The notes beneath the pieces are model-generated. The model was not told the DNA's origin. It worked only from the letters and a program-made list of their open reading frames with translations, and ran no database searches. Of a stretch of 62,542 nt of DNA, positions 1-8,319 are shown piece after piece; position 1 is the first letter of the stretch, and each line of letters begins with the position of its first letter. A program made the position numbers and the translations under genes. Origin of the DNA: a virus (taxonomy: Duplodnaviria; Caudoviricetes); IMG/VR virus record IMGVR_UViG_3300046643_000028, positions 1 through 62,542 of that record; one strand, 5' to 3'.

Positions 1-505
1 TCAGACAGATGTTCTTGAACAACTCAGCGACCGGCTTCCACTCGGTGGTGAGCACCGCCTGTTCGAGCGGCCAGTAGATGTGGTACCCGCCGCCCGAGTC
101 CACGATCATCGGCTGGGGCAGTCCGACCTTAGTGCGGAACGCCTCGAACTCGGTCATGGCATCGAGCTTCGAGCCAAACTTTTTCGGGTCTACCGGGTCG
201 ACATCCAGATCGAGGAAGAACGACTTGAGCAGGTGGGCATTCGCCTGCGTTCGTGCGCGCCACTTGCCTGCCTTTTCACCCTTGGCATTGACCCACGTCG
301 GGTCCCATACCTTGGCGTCCTTATAGGTGGCCAGAGCGAAGTAAGCCGCTTGATGGTTGAACGTGAGTGCCGTCAGGTCCATCACTGCGGTATCGAGCGA
401 TGTGTGCGCGGTATTCAAAAAGCCTTTGCCGCCCGGCAGGATCGTGGCCGTGAAGATGTGGCCGCTGTCCGGCAGCAGTGTTGCAAGGAAATCTCTCGTA
501 TTCAT
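1..505 (-). CDS. N-terminal part of DNA primase-helicase (RepB/AEP-type primase domain); continues across the window join into 62542-60096
   Basis: My translation from ATG at 505: MNTRDFLATLL...SFFLDLDVD...IVDSGGGYHIYW...KNICL, with DxD and SGxGxH primase motifs and no stop before position 1; in frame with the ORF at the right end. Confidence 0.85.
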   Translation of the reverse strand, partial: MNTRDFLATLLPDSGHIFTATILPGGKGFLNTAHTSLDTAVMDLTALTFNHQAAYFALATYKDAKVWDPTWVNAKGEKAGKWRARTQANAHLLKSFFLDLDVDPVDPKKFGSKLDAMTEFEAFRTKVGLPQPMIVDSGGGYHIYWPLEQAVLTTEWKPVAELFKNICL

Positions 506-551
506 TCTCTGGCCCCAAGTAGCGACTGAACTGGTGATGCAGTGCTACGGG

Positions 552-896
552 TTACGAAGAGACGGGCGGCTTGTGCTTGATGATCAGGGAAGCGAGATCG
601 GTCATGCGGGAGGCCATGTTCCCCGTCAGCGGGGTATCTTTTGCACGCTTGGACTTGCGCAAGATGGTGAGGAATTTCTTCAGGCGTGCGGTGATCAACG
701 CGTCGCGTGGGGCGGCGTGGCCATACATCCAGCGGTACACCGTGGGTTCAGACACTTGCAAAAGCTGGGCAACACCTTCTACCGGGATGTTGCCCTCGAT
801 AACCAGTTCACCGAGGATCGGGCCGATTGCTTCGGGGTCTGCGAGACGGGCGGCCGTGATTTCGGCGCGGCGGGCTGGGGTGATAACTCGTCCCAT
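552..896 (-). CDS. Helix-turn-helix DNA-binding protein
   Basis: VEGVAQLLQVSEPTVYRWMYG is an HTH pattern; GGAG RBS before ATG at 896. Confidence 0.7.
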   Translation of the reverse strand: MGRVITPARRAEITAARLADPEAIGPILGELVIEGNIPVEGVAQLLQVSEPTVYRWMYGHAAPRDALITARLKKFLTILRKSKRAKDTPLTGNMASRMTDLASLIIKHKPPVSS

Positions 897-995
897 GGTA
901 ACTCCGTGTGTGGGGTAAAGGCCCGCGCGGCACATTGCTGTGGACACCCGCGCGGGGTACTAGACGGGAAATAGCCGGACCCGTCTTGGTACGCG

Positions 996-2204
996 TTACT
1001 CGTCGTCCCAGCCTGCCATCAGGGCAGACAGGCCAGCGGGGGCAGCGTCACCTGCCTCTACGACGGTTGCCGGTTCGGCCTTGGCTTTCTTCACGACCGG
1101 CGTATCCACTTCCTCGGCAACGACTTTCTCGACAGCAGGCTTGGCCGGGGGAGCGGCCGGTTCATCGTCGCCAGCTTCGAGGGCGGCCATCTGCGCGAGC
1201 AGAGCGGCTTTCTTGTCGGCTTTTTCCTTGGCGACGCGGGCGGCTTCCACTTCTGCGGCCTTGGCGGCTGCGGCTTCTGCTGCCTTGGCTTTCTTCGCCT
1301 TGGCCGCTGCGGCTGCTGCAGCGGCAGCTACACCGTCGTCATCGTCGCCTGCGGCCTGCACACCGGCCTGCGTGCCCAGCCCTGCCCCAGCTTCAGGGTC
1401 GCGCTCGGCAGGGGCAGGAGCGCCCTCTACGCCGTCTCCTGCCGGGTTGCCGTTGACCACCTTGCTGATCTCTTCGGCCGCGCTGTCGATACGCGCCTTG
1501 GCAGCGAGCGCTTCCTCCGGCGTCAACCAGCGGCTTGCGCTGAACAGCAGTTTCGGGTAGGCCAGATCGATGTCGAACTTGACCCGGGTCTCGACAGCCG
1601 CCGAGTGGTTGGCGCCGCGAGCGCGCAGCATGTCGATGTACTGGTCCCATGCATACCAGCCCTTGGCTTCGTTTTCCTTGTTGTCCTTGTCCCAGACGGA
1701 AGTCTGAGCCAGCTTCAGCAGGAGAACCGGGTGCTCAGTGATCGAGGTCACGCCGGACGGGACCACTGCGACGCGCTTGTTCGGTGCGCATGCCGTGGTG
1801 GCCTTGCCATTGGCCGTCGTCTTGGAACCCTTCACCGAGTTCGGGCAGGCCGCGCACGTCGCGCACTGGGGCTTGGCCACACCGGCATCGGGCTTCACGC
1901 CATCGATCGAGGAGCAGACCGGCGCTTTGTTCTCGCCATCCACATACTCGCCCTCGTAGAAGCTGCGGCTGCGGCGCTTGTTGTGATCCAGCACCACGAG
2001 GTTCACGATGTTGACCGGTACGACATCGCCATCGTCGTTTTTCTTGGTCAGCTTGACTTCCTCGCCATCCACCACACGGCGCCACGTCTTTCCTTTGTAC
2101 GACAACTGGTTGGTGGTGAGCTTCGGAGCGATGTTGCCTGCGCCGAATACGTTGGCCAAGTGGGCCGGGAGTTCTGCTTGAGCGAACGGGATGATTTCGG
2201 ACAT
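996..2204 (-). CDS. Probable single-stranded DNA-binding/annealing protein with Ala/Lys-rich linker and acidic tail
   Basis: 402 aa; C-x-S-x-DG...CxxCP...GS...AC Zn-like motif seen in phage SSB-like proteins; ends AGWDDE; replication cluster. Confidence 0.55.
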   Translation of the reverse strand: MSEIIPFAQAELPAHLANVFGAGNIAPKLTTNQLSYKGKTWRRVVDGEEVKLTKKNDDGDVVPVNIVNLVVLDHNKRRSRSFYEGEYVDGENKAPVCSSIDGVKPDAGVAKPQCATCAACPNSVKGSKTTANGKATTACAPNKRVAVVPSGVTSITEHPVLLLKLAQTSVWDKDNKENEAKGWYAWDQYIDMLRARGANHSAAVETRVKFDIDLAYPKLLFSASRWLTPEEALAAKARIDSAAEEISKVVNGNPAGDGVEGAPAPAERDPEAGAGLGTQAGVQAAGDDDDGVAAAAAAAAAKAKKAKAAEAAAAKAAEVEAARVAKEKADKKAALLAQMAALEAGDDEPAAPPAKPAVEKVVAEEVDTPVVKKAKAEPATVVEAGDAAPAGLSALMAGWDDE

Positions 2205-2237
2205 GGGGTACCTGTGATATGTGGGGGTGAGGAAAGG

Positions 2238-2267
2238 ATTCTACTCTCAGTGTAACTAAAGGAACAA
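2238..2267 (-). promoter_or_regulatory. Putative sigma70-type promoter for the SSB-like gene, with TAGTTACAC in the spacer
   Basis: Minus strand TTGTTC-18 nt-TAGAAT. Confidence 0.4.
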
Positions 2268-2292
2268 GCGGTATAAATTACTCGCCGCCGAA

Positions 2293-2937
2293 CTACGTCT
2301 GCAGCGGGTCGGTGCCGATGCCAGCCTTGGCGAACGGTTCATCGAAGTTGCTGCCCATCTGCACTGCGGCCGTCTGTGGTGCACGTTTCTCCATGGACTG
2401 GAGCATGTCGCGGCAGTGCACAGCTTGGCTGATCGCGTCGTCCAAGGCGTTGTGGTGTGTGCCGACACGCTTGAGCTTGTACTGCTGCATGCCGGGCAAA
2501 CCCTTAAGCGTGCGGTAGCAGCGCTCGCGGTAGAACTGCCACGGAACTTCCTTGCCGCACGCCTTGTAAGCGTCCTTCAGAAGCCCAAGGTCGAACGCCG
2601 CGCTGTTGCCCCAGAGATTGTCCGGGCGGCTGTTGAGCCAGTCGGTGAACGCGTCGAGCGCGAGCGGCAGGGCCACTGCGTCTTCGGTCTTGAACAGCGT
2701 GCGGGCCTGCTCGCTCTGCGCCATCCACCACGTGATCGTCTGGGCGCTGGGGCGCAGGCCGACTGCCATGGCTGATTCGAGGGTGATCGCCTGATAGAAC
2801 GGCTCGTACGATTTCGTCTGGCCGAGGTGGAACCGCACCGCGCCGATGGCAATCACCGGGCTGTACGGATCGGTGCCCATCGTTTCCAGATCAACCATGA
2901 TTTCTACTGCGTGCTCGGGGGGTTGTGCGTGTGTCAT
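2293..2937 (-). CDS. DEDDh 3'-5' exonuclease (Rv2179c-like)
   Basis: MVDLETMG, WGNSAAFD and HHNALDDAISQA motifs. Confidence 0.85.
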   Translation of the reverse strand: MTHAQPPEHAVEIMVDLETMGTDPYSPVIAIGAVRFHLGQTKSYEPFYQAITLESAMAVGLRPSAQTITWWMAQSEQARTLFKTEDAVALPLALDAFTDWLNSRPDNLWGNSAAFDLGLLKDAYKACGKEVPWQFYRERCYRTLKGLPGMQQYKLKRVGTHHNALDDAISQAVHCRDMLQSMEKRAPQTAAVQMGSNFDEPFAKAGIGTDPLQT

Positions 2938-3383
2938 TTCTCGCTCGCTTTGCGTACCCGCATCTGGCGTTCTCGGAACAGGGAGAGTCCCGGGGGTGAG
3001 CCTACGGATGGGTTGTTTTTCATGAACTCTTCCACGTGCTTGCTGCTCACACGCTTTTCGAAAAAGTTCAGGTCCTTGGCCTGCAGCACGAAGTCATAGA
3101 ACTGCTGTTCGTCCGCGATGGTGATCTTCGCGGTCTCGGCGGTGTACGTCGTGCCGTACTCCGTCTTGAACCCTGTAACGCCTGCCTTGTCCGCGTCCTG
3201 CAGCATGAAGTTTTCGGCGGTCTCCATGATGACTTTAAACTGTGCTTCCTCCAGCGCGAACTGCCGGGCCAGAGCCGCCTTGGCTTCGCGTGCTTTCACG
3301 TACAGCTTGACTTTCTTGTCCGTGGGCATCGCTGCGATTTTGGCTATGAACTGATCCAGAGCCTCCTGAGTCATGACCGCCAT
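2934..3383 (-). CDS. Conserved phage replication-region hypothetical protein
   Basis: 149 aa with RBS; coiled N-terminus then FKTEYGT...FFEKRVS...PPG; overlaps next gene by 4 nt. Confidence 0.7.
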   Translation of the reverse strand: MAVMTQEALDQFIAKIAAMPTDKKVKLYVKAREAKAALARQFALEEAQFKVIMETAENFMLQDADKAGVTGFKTEYGTTYTAETAKITIADEQQFYDFVLQAKDLNFFEKRVSSKHVEEFMKNNPSVGSPPGLSLFRERQMRVRKASEK

Positions 3384-3407
3384 GTTGTTTCTCCGTTCGT
3401 TGAGTCG

Positions 3408-3434
3408 ATGTAACTATTATAGGGATAGTTACAC
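3408..3434. promoter_or_regulatory. Inverted pair of RTGTAACTA motifs around a minus-strand TATAAT
   Basis: ATGTAACTAT-TATAGGG-ATAGTTACAC in the intergenic gap. Confidence 0.6.
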
Positions 3435-3441
3435 GATCAGT

Positions 3442-5037
3442 CTATGTGTTGATACCTAATTCATTTTTATACAGGGACAAGATATCGAGTAGCCCGTCCC
3501 GCTTACCTTCCACCATCGCATACACGCCTTGCTCAAGCGAGTTCATCACGATCTTGAGGATCGTCATTTTCTTCGTCTGCCCGGGGCGATTGATACGGTC
3601 CATCACCTGCATGCTCTGATCGTTGCTGTAGATCGGAGCGTAAAAGATCACCATGTCCGCTTGCGTGAGCGTCAGCCCGTGGCTCATCACCTTGGGGTGA
3701 CACACCAACTCGTTCAGGTTTGGGTCGTCGCGGAAGTCCTGAAAAATCCTCGAACGATCGTTGAGCGACACGTCGCCGTTCACCAGCTTGCTGTACTGCC
3801 CGTCTCCATTTGCGTTGTGCCATTCGTCCAACTCCTCCTGCAGCACGCGAGCGATGCCCTTGAATGGCACGATGATGAGCACCTTGGCGCTCGCTTGCTT
3901 GATGGATTCGGTCAGCACCTTGAAGCGCGGTTCGTGCGGGATCACCTCGTAATCGTCGCCGTCTCCCACCTTGATCGCGCCACACATGATCTGGCGCAGC
4001 TTGCTGATCTTGTCGGCTGCGTTGGCCGCGCTCAGGACAGCGCCGGACTTAGCCTCAGCCACAAGGTGGTTCTTCATCTCCTGATACATCTCGTCCTGTT
4101 CCTTGCTCATCGTGCAGGCGCGCGAGGTGAACGTGACAGGGGGCAGCGTGAGACAGTCGGCTTTCTTGAATCGTATGGCGGGCTGCATGGCCTGATACGC
4201 GATGGCATGTGAGCCGGGCTTGGGTACCCACTTGTATGTAGATATCTGCGCCATGGTGAGACGTTTGAACGAGGTGAAATACTCCGGCACCCGGCTCTTG
4301 TCGACCAGCTTGGCGAGCGCCCAAGCATCGGTCGGTGCGTTCGGGCACGGCGCCCCGGTGAGAAGCCACAGCCGCCGATTCTTGGCAGCTTTCTCCAGCA
4401 CTTCATACCGGCCGGTCTGCGCGTTGCGGTAGTCGGCCGCTTCATCCACGATGATGAGATCGATATCCTTGCGCTTGGCCAAGTCGGCCGCGATGATCTT
4501 CAGGCCGTCCGGGTTGATGATGTAGAAGTCGCAATCAGCCGCGAGCTTCGTCTTGCGCTGATCCGCTGTGCCGTGCAGCACGACCGCCGTGCGATGCATG
4601 CACACGTCAAACAGTTCGGTCTGCCACACCATCTCAAGCGTGGACAGCGGCGACACGATCAACACTTTCTTGATGACTTTGGTTGCCATCAGATAGTCCG
4701 CTGCCCAGCACGCCGATGCCGTCTTGGATGTGCCCATCTCGTTCAACACGAACAGGCGGCTGTGCACCGTGCAGAACTCGGCGGTCTCGATCTGGTGATC
4801 GAACACATCCTTGAACCGCGCCGGGCGCGGGAAGTCATAGTAATAGCGAATGGGGGACGGTGCCTTGATGCCCATGTTCCTGAGTATCTTCGTCACCTTG
4901 AGGTTATGCGGCACTGCGACGTTGTGCCCCTCGTAGTCCACCAGCTTGCTATGCCCCGGGAGAATCTGCCTGAGCGTGTTCAGTTTCTCGGGCCGAAGTT
5001 TCAGGATGAGGCTCTTGGACGCTTTGTGTACGATCAT
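3442..5037 (-). CDS. SNF2-family superfamily 2 helicase
   Basis: NEMGTSKT (motif I), IIVDEA (II), LLTGAP (III), HGLTLT and DRINRPGQ (V/VI). Confidence 0.9.
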   Translation of the reverse strand: MIVHKASKSLILKLRPEKLNTLRQILPGHSKLVDYEGHNVAVPHNLKVTKILRNMGIKAPSPIRYYYDFPRPARFKDVFDHQIETAEFCTVHSRLFVLNEMGTSKTASACWAADYLMATKVIKKVLIVSPLSTLEMVWQTELFDVCMHRTAVVLHGTADQRKTKLAADCDFYIINPDGLKIIAADLAKRKDIDLIIVDEAADYRNAQTGRYEVLEKAAKNRRLWLLTGAPCPNAPTDAWALAKLVDKSRVPEYFTSFKRLTMAQISTYKWVPKPGSHAIAYQAMQPAIRFKKADCLTLPPVTFTSRACTMSKEQDEMYQEMKNHLVAEAKSGAVLSAANAADKISKLRQIMCGAIKVGDGDDYEVIPHEPRFKVLTESIKQASAKVLIIVPFKGIARVLQEELDEWHNANGDGQYSKLVNGDVSLNDRSRIFQDFRDDPNLNELVCHPKVMSHGLTLTQADMVIFYAPIYSNDQSMQVMDRINRPGQTKKMTILKIVMNSLEQGVYAMVEGKRDGLLDILSLYKNELGINT

Positions 5038-5404
5038 CTTCTCTTGCCTTAATCAGTTTGATCACGATGCCTTTAGCCGATGCCTTGGCTACCATGTCGG
5101 CAGTGCCCGGGCCGCCCGGGAATGCCAAGCACAAGTCGGCCGGTGGATCGAGGTTGGCCATCTCGGTGTTGCGCGTGAAGCCTGCCATGTCGCCCTGCGT
5201 CGTCCACTTCGCGGGGTATCGCTCCTGCGGCGTGCCGGTGATCTCGCAGTAGACACGCGCCCAGTGGTCAGCGCCGGTCGGGCAGTCGCCGTGGATGATG
5301 GTCACATCAAACTTCGCTGCCACCTTCCGTATCGATCTCTGGACGTTGAAGTAGTCCAGATACTTTCTTCCGCCCGTTATGAGCAGTCTGAGTTTTGGTT
5401 TCAT
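4949..5404 (-). CDS. SLOG/YspA-like (DUF2493-type) nucleotide-binding protein
   Basis: RLLITGGR, IIHGDCPTGAD, AGFTRNTEM and AFPGGPGTADMV motifs. Confidence 0.8.
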   Translation of the reverse strand: MKPKLRLLITGGRKYLDYFNVQRSIRKVAAKFDVTIIHGDCPTGADHWARVYCEITGTPQERYPAKWTTQGDMAGFTRNTEMANLDPPADLCLAFPGGPGTADMVAKASAKGIVIKLIKAREDDRTQSVQEPHPETSARETEHAQADSPGA

Positions 5405-5708
5405 CGTGGGGTATGGCACCAAGCAAACACATTGTGGCCTCGACAGCATCCCAGCCCTGCGAGGAGTCAACTACGAAACACCATGTACCAGCAGCTTCCA
5501 TCGCGGCTATCGTGACCAGTTGCCGGGGCGTAGCTTTCTTGCCCGGCGCCTTGGTCTCAACAGCCAGCGCGTAGCCGTTGCAGGTGATGATGAAGTCCAG
5601 CGTTGGAGCACCCATGCCGTTCATTACAGGCATGTGGTAATACACGTTCTGATACCGGCGCATCATCTTGATGCCCTGCATCTTGACCTTCGACTCGGGC
5701 GTACTCAT
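5307..5708 (-). CDS. VRR-NUC domain nuclease (Holliday junction resolvase-like)
   Basis: PE...D-F...AVETKAPGKKATPRQ...I..MEAAG. Confidence 0.85.
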   Translation of the reverse strand: MSTPESKVKMQGIKMMRRYQNVYYHMPVMNGMGAPTLDFIITCNGYALAVETKAPGKKATPRQLVTIAAMEAAGTWCFVVDSSQGWDAVEATMCLLGAIPHDETKTQTAHNGRKKVSGLLQRPEIDTEGGSEV

Positions 5709-5793
5709 AAGTCTCTCCAGCCGTTCTCATCGAAGTCCTGAGCCATGGCGCGGTACAGCTTGCCTACCGCTCTGTACGCCCACAGGTGATCCT

Positions 5794-6474
5794 TTATCTC
5801 CGACCGCTCCCCCAGTATTCGCAAGTCTTCACAGCGCAGTGGTTTTTGCACAAGCCGCTCGGCTTGGCCGGGAACACTCCGAGGTGGAACGCTCGCATGT
5901 ACCGATCTAGCTTGGGCAGCAGCGTCTCCCACAGCGCCGGTATCTGGTGCCGGTAAAACGTTTCTGAATCGGTGGCCCCAAGCTGGAGCCAGTGAAACGT
6001 GCAATCGCAGGTGTCGATCTCCGGGTGATGATAGAACGTCATCAGTGCAAAGATGATCAACTGCTGCATGTCTTTCTTGCGGTTCTTTCCCGTCTTGTGA
6101 TCGTCCACTTTGGCCAAACGCTGACCGTAGTTGAGCCGCAATACGTCGATAATGCCACGCCCGAAACAATCCTTTGCGAAAAAGTCGCATGGCTTCAAGT
6201 CCTTGTTCAATGCGTACTTCTGTTCGACCAGCAGTACCTCATCTTCCGTGGGCTTGAACTGCTCTAGGTAGGCGTTGTACTGCACCATGTTGGCAGGCAT
6301 CGGGGTATCACTGCCTAGGTATTTCTCCATGGCTATGTGAACCTGATCCCCCCATATGGAAGCGGGGTTCTTCTGGTCTTGGAAGTGCTTGAGTACCTTG
6401 ATCTCTTGGTACTGCCGTGGGCACGTCTCGAACCCTGCGATGCTGCTGTGACTCCAAGCGAGGGGTTTAGCCAC
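5794..6474 (-). CDS. PD-(D/E)XK (Cas4/RecB-like) exonuclease
   Basis: WSHSSI..FETCPRQY, GDQVH, GIID, DHKTG, QL..FAL and C-terminal Cys cluster. Confidence 0.85.
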   Translation of the reverse strand: MAKPLAWSHSSIAGFETCPRQYQEIKVLKHFQDQKNPASIWGDQVHIAMEKYLGSDTPMPANMVQYNAYLEQFKPTEDEVLLVEQKYALNKDLKPCDFFAKDCFGRGIIDVLRLNYGQRLAKVDDHKTGKNRKKDMQQLIIFALMTFYHHPEIDTCDCTFHWLQLGATDSETFYRHQIPALWETLLPKLDRYMRAFHLGVFPAKPSGLCKNHCAVKTCEYWGSGRR

Positions 6475-6583
6475 GGCGCCCCCGCTTGGGTTTGTCTTTG
6501 TTAAACAGTTGCATGGTTATCAAGCCTGACCACATGCATGCCCAGAACGCGAGCCATAAATCGGTGGGGGCGATCTCGATCAT
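6467..6583 (-). CDS. Small single-TM protein (38 aa, not in ORF track)
   Basis: MIEIAPTDLWLAFWACMWSGLITMQLFNKDKPKRGRRG; ATGA overlap with the HNH stop; fills the gap exactly. Confidence 0.5.
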   Translation of the reverse strand: MIEIAPTDLWLAFWACMWSGLITMQLFNKDKPKRGRRG

Positions 6584-6840
6584 TTTTTCCCCGCGTTCTT
6601 GTCCCGGGCATACGAGCGGTTCTTCGATGCAGGCATCGCCCGCAGGTTCGATTCGCCGTTGCCTGCCGCGACACCTTTCTTGTGGTCGACATCAAGATTG
6701 TCGCCTTTTTTCACCATGCCCTTGTTCATCATGATGGTCCGCGCCCGGTTGCGCGCAGCACGCTTGGGCTTTTCGCCGCGAGCATCAGAAGTTTTCTTCT
6801 CCTGATCATAGTCTCGCTTGTATCCGTCGCTACTCGGCAT
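6580..6840 (-). CDS. Small HNH endonuclease
   Basis: DVDHKK...G.SNLR...KNRS. Confidence 0.8.
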   Translation of the reverse strand: MPSSDGYKRDYDQEKKTSDARGEKPKRAARNRARTIMMNKGMVKKGDNLDVDHKKGVAAGNGESNLRAMPASKNRSYARDKNAGKK

Positions 6841-7033
6841 CCTCTTGCTCCCCCCACCATGGCGGCGGTTTGGTGTTGATTGAATAGAAACGCTTAAGTG
6901 TTTTGATATAGAAGAACGGGTCGAAATGGAAGTTTCCAGATCGACCACGGAGTACAGCATAACTCGGTTCTTCAAACGAAACTACTTCAAACGCGTGCTT
7001 TTTAGTCTTGCTCACTATGAACAGGTTCGACAT
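6830..7033 (-). CDS. Hypothetical protein, paralog of 7002-7211
   Basis: 67 aa; aligns by eye with neighbour. Confidence 0.55.
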   Translation of the reverse strand: MSNLFIVSKTKKHAFEVVSFEEPSYAVLRGRSGNFHFDPFFYIKTLKRFYSINTKPPPWWGEQEDAE

Positions 7034-7211
7034 TTTCCGACATCACCTCGAAGCCAAACTTTTTAAGGTTCTCCTCGCTGATCGACTGCTCGAACGGGGC
7101 GCCGGTGTTGCCGAGAAGCGTGGCGCGCATCTTCTCTTTGTCCAGAGACACGATGTCAAAACGAAGCCCGCTCACCTTGGTGGACTTCAGGAAAAACTTT
7201 TTCTTGGCCAT
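7002..7211 (-). CDS. Hypothetical protein
   Basis: 69 aa with purine-rich RBS. Confidence 0.65.
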   Translation of the reverse strand: MAKKKFFLKSTKVSGLRFDIVSLDKEKMRATLLGNTGAPFEQSISEENLKKFGFEVMSENVEPVHSEQD

Positions 7212-7282
7212 GCTCGATCTCTCTCGGGAGTGGGGGATGACAGGCCACCGTAGCAGCCTGTGCTCTATACCAGTTGCTCGAC

Positions 7283-8083
7283 TTACAGTGCCGACTTGCT
7301 ATCGGTCAGCGCTTGCTCGTCTTCCTTCGCCACGGCTTCGTCGGCTTCGACCTTGGCTTTGCCGTCGTCGATGAACGCCTTGGCCTTGGCCGCGAGGTTG
7401 CGGATTTCGTTCATGACTTCGCCACCGAAGTGACTTGCCATGGCTTCGATCTCCGACAGAACGCCGTGTGCGCTCTCGGCTTGCGAGTCGTTGGCTTTCA
7501 GAACCGTGCCGCCCGTGCCGCCGATCTGCGCGTTGGCATCCGCCATCTGCTGCGGCGTCACCTTGCCTTGGGCCACGCCCGATGCTGCGTTGACCGGGCT
7601 GTAACCATCCACACCCAGCGTCACGCCCGCCACCTTGCTCGGCAGCGGCTCACCCAGACCAGCTTCGTTCAGGCCATCGCCGGTCGTGGAGTGTGCGCCG
7701 GTCACGCCTGCGTCACCCGGTTGGCCATTGCCTTGTGCATCGAGTTGATCGCTTGCGAGCGACTGGTCGAAGCCCGCGCCGACTGCCTTGTTAGCCTGCG
7801 TAGCCTTGGCATCGGACAGAGCATCCGCGTCGGCTTGATTCTGGGCGGCTACAGCGGCCGGGTCGGCCTGCTCGGCAACGGTGGAGGCGGGCGACTGCGC
7901 AACGGCAGGTGAGGCGTCTGCGGCGGCCAGCGGCAGGGGATTGTCTTCAGCGTCCACAACCAGCCCGCCGTTCTCATCCACCTGATACATGGCCTTGGCT
8001 TCGTCGGTCAGGACCGGCTTGCCGTTGTCGCCGTACTTGATCGAGCCGTCTTCATTCTTCACATACAGGGTCGTGACATCCAT
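7283..8083 (-). CDS. Acidic Ala/Asp/Gln-rich hypothetical protein
   Basis: 266 aa; strong AGGAG RBS; genome-typical codons. Confidence 0.75.
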   Translation of the reverse strand: MDVTTLYVKNEDGSIKYGDNGKPVLTDEAKAMYQVDENGGLVVDAEDNPLPLAAADASPAVAQSPASTVAEQADPAAVAAQNQADADALSDAKATQANKAVGAGFDQSLASDQLDAQGNGQPGDAGVTGAHSTTGDGLNEAGLGEPLPSKVAGVTLGVDGYSPVNAASGVAQGKVTPQQMADANAQIGGTGGTVLKANDSQAESAHGVLSEIEAMASHFGGEVMNEIRNLAAKAKAFIDDGKAKVEADEAVAKEDEQALTDSKSAL

Positions 8084-8103
8084 GGTGATTCTCCTAGTTG
8101 GTG

Positions 8104-8274
8104 CTACGTTTGGTCCGAGGACTTACGTTTGGCCAGCAGGGTGCGTACGCGATTGACAGTAGCCAAGTCTTCCTTGGAAACTTCTTTCCCGTCAGCGACA
8201 TGCTGCTTTGCCAGTTTGTATGCCTTTTCGGTGAGTGCAAGTATATCTGCTGCGGCGGGGAGTTGGGTGCTCAT
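8104..8274 (-). CDS. Small hypothetical protein (56 aa, not in ORF track)
   Basis: MSTQLPAAADILALTEKAYKLAKQ...; fills gap after polymerase. Confidence 0.5.
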   Translation of the reverse strand: MSTQLPAAADILALTEKAYKLAKQHVADGKEVSKEDLATVNRVRTLLAKRKSSDQT

Positions 8275-8319
8275 GCTATGTGTTTCCAGTTGACTCGTTT
8301 AACAATGGTTTGGGTTCCA

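Noticed and set aside
5794-6474. Cas4-like nuclease as evidence of CRISPR-Cas
   Set aside because: Ordinary phage exonuclease in a replication cluster; no array or other cas genes
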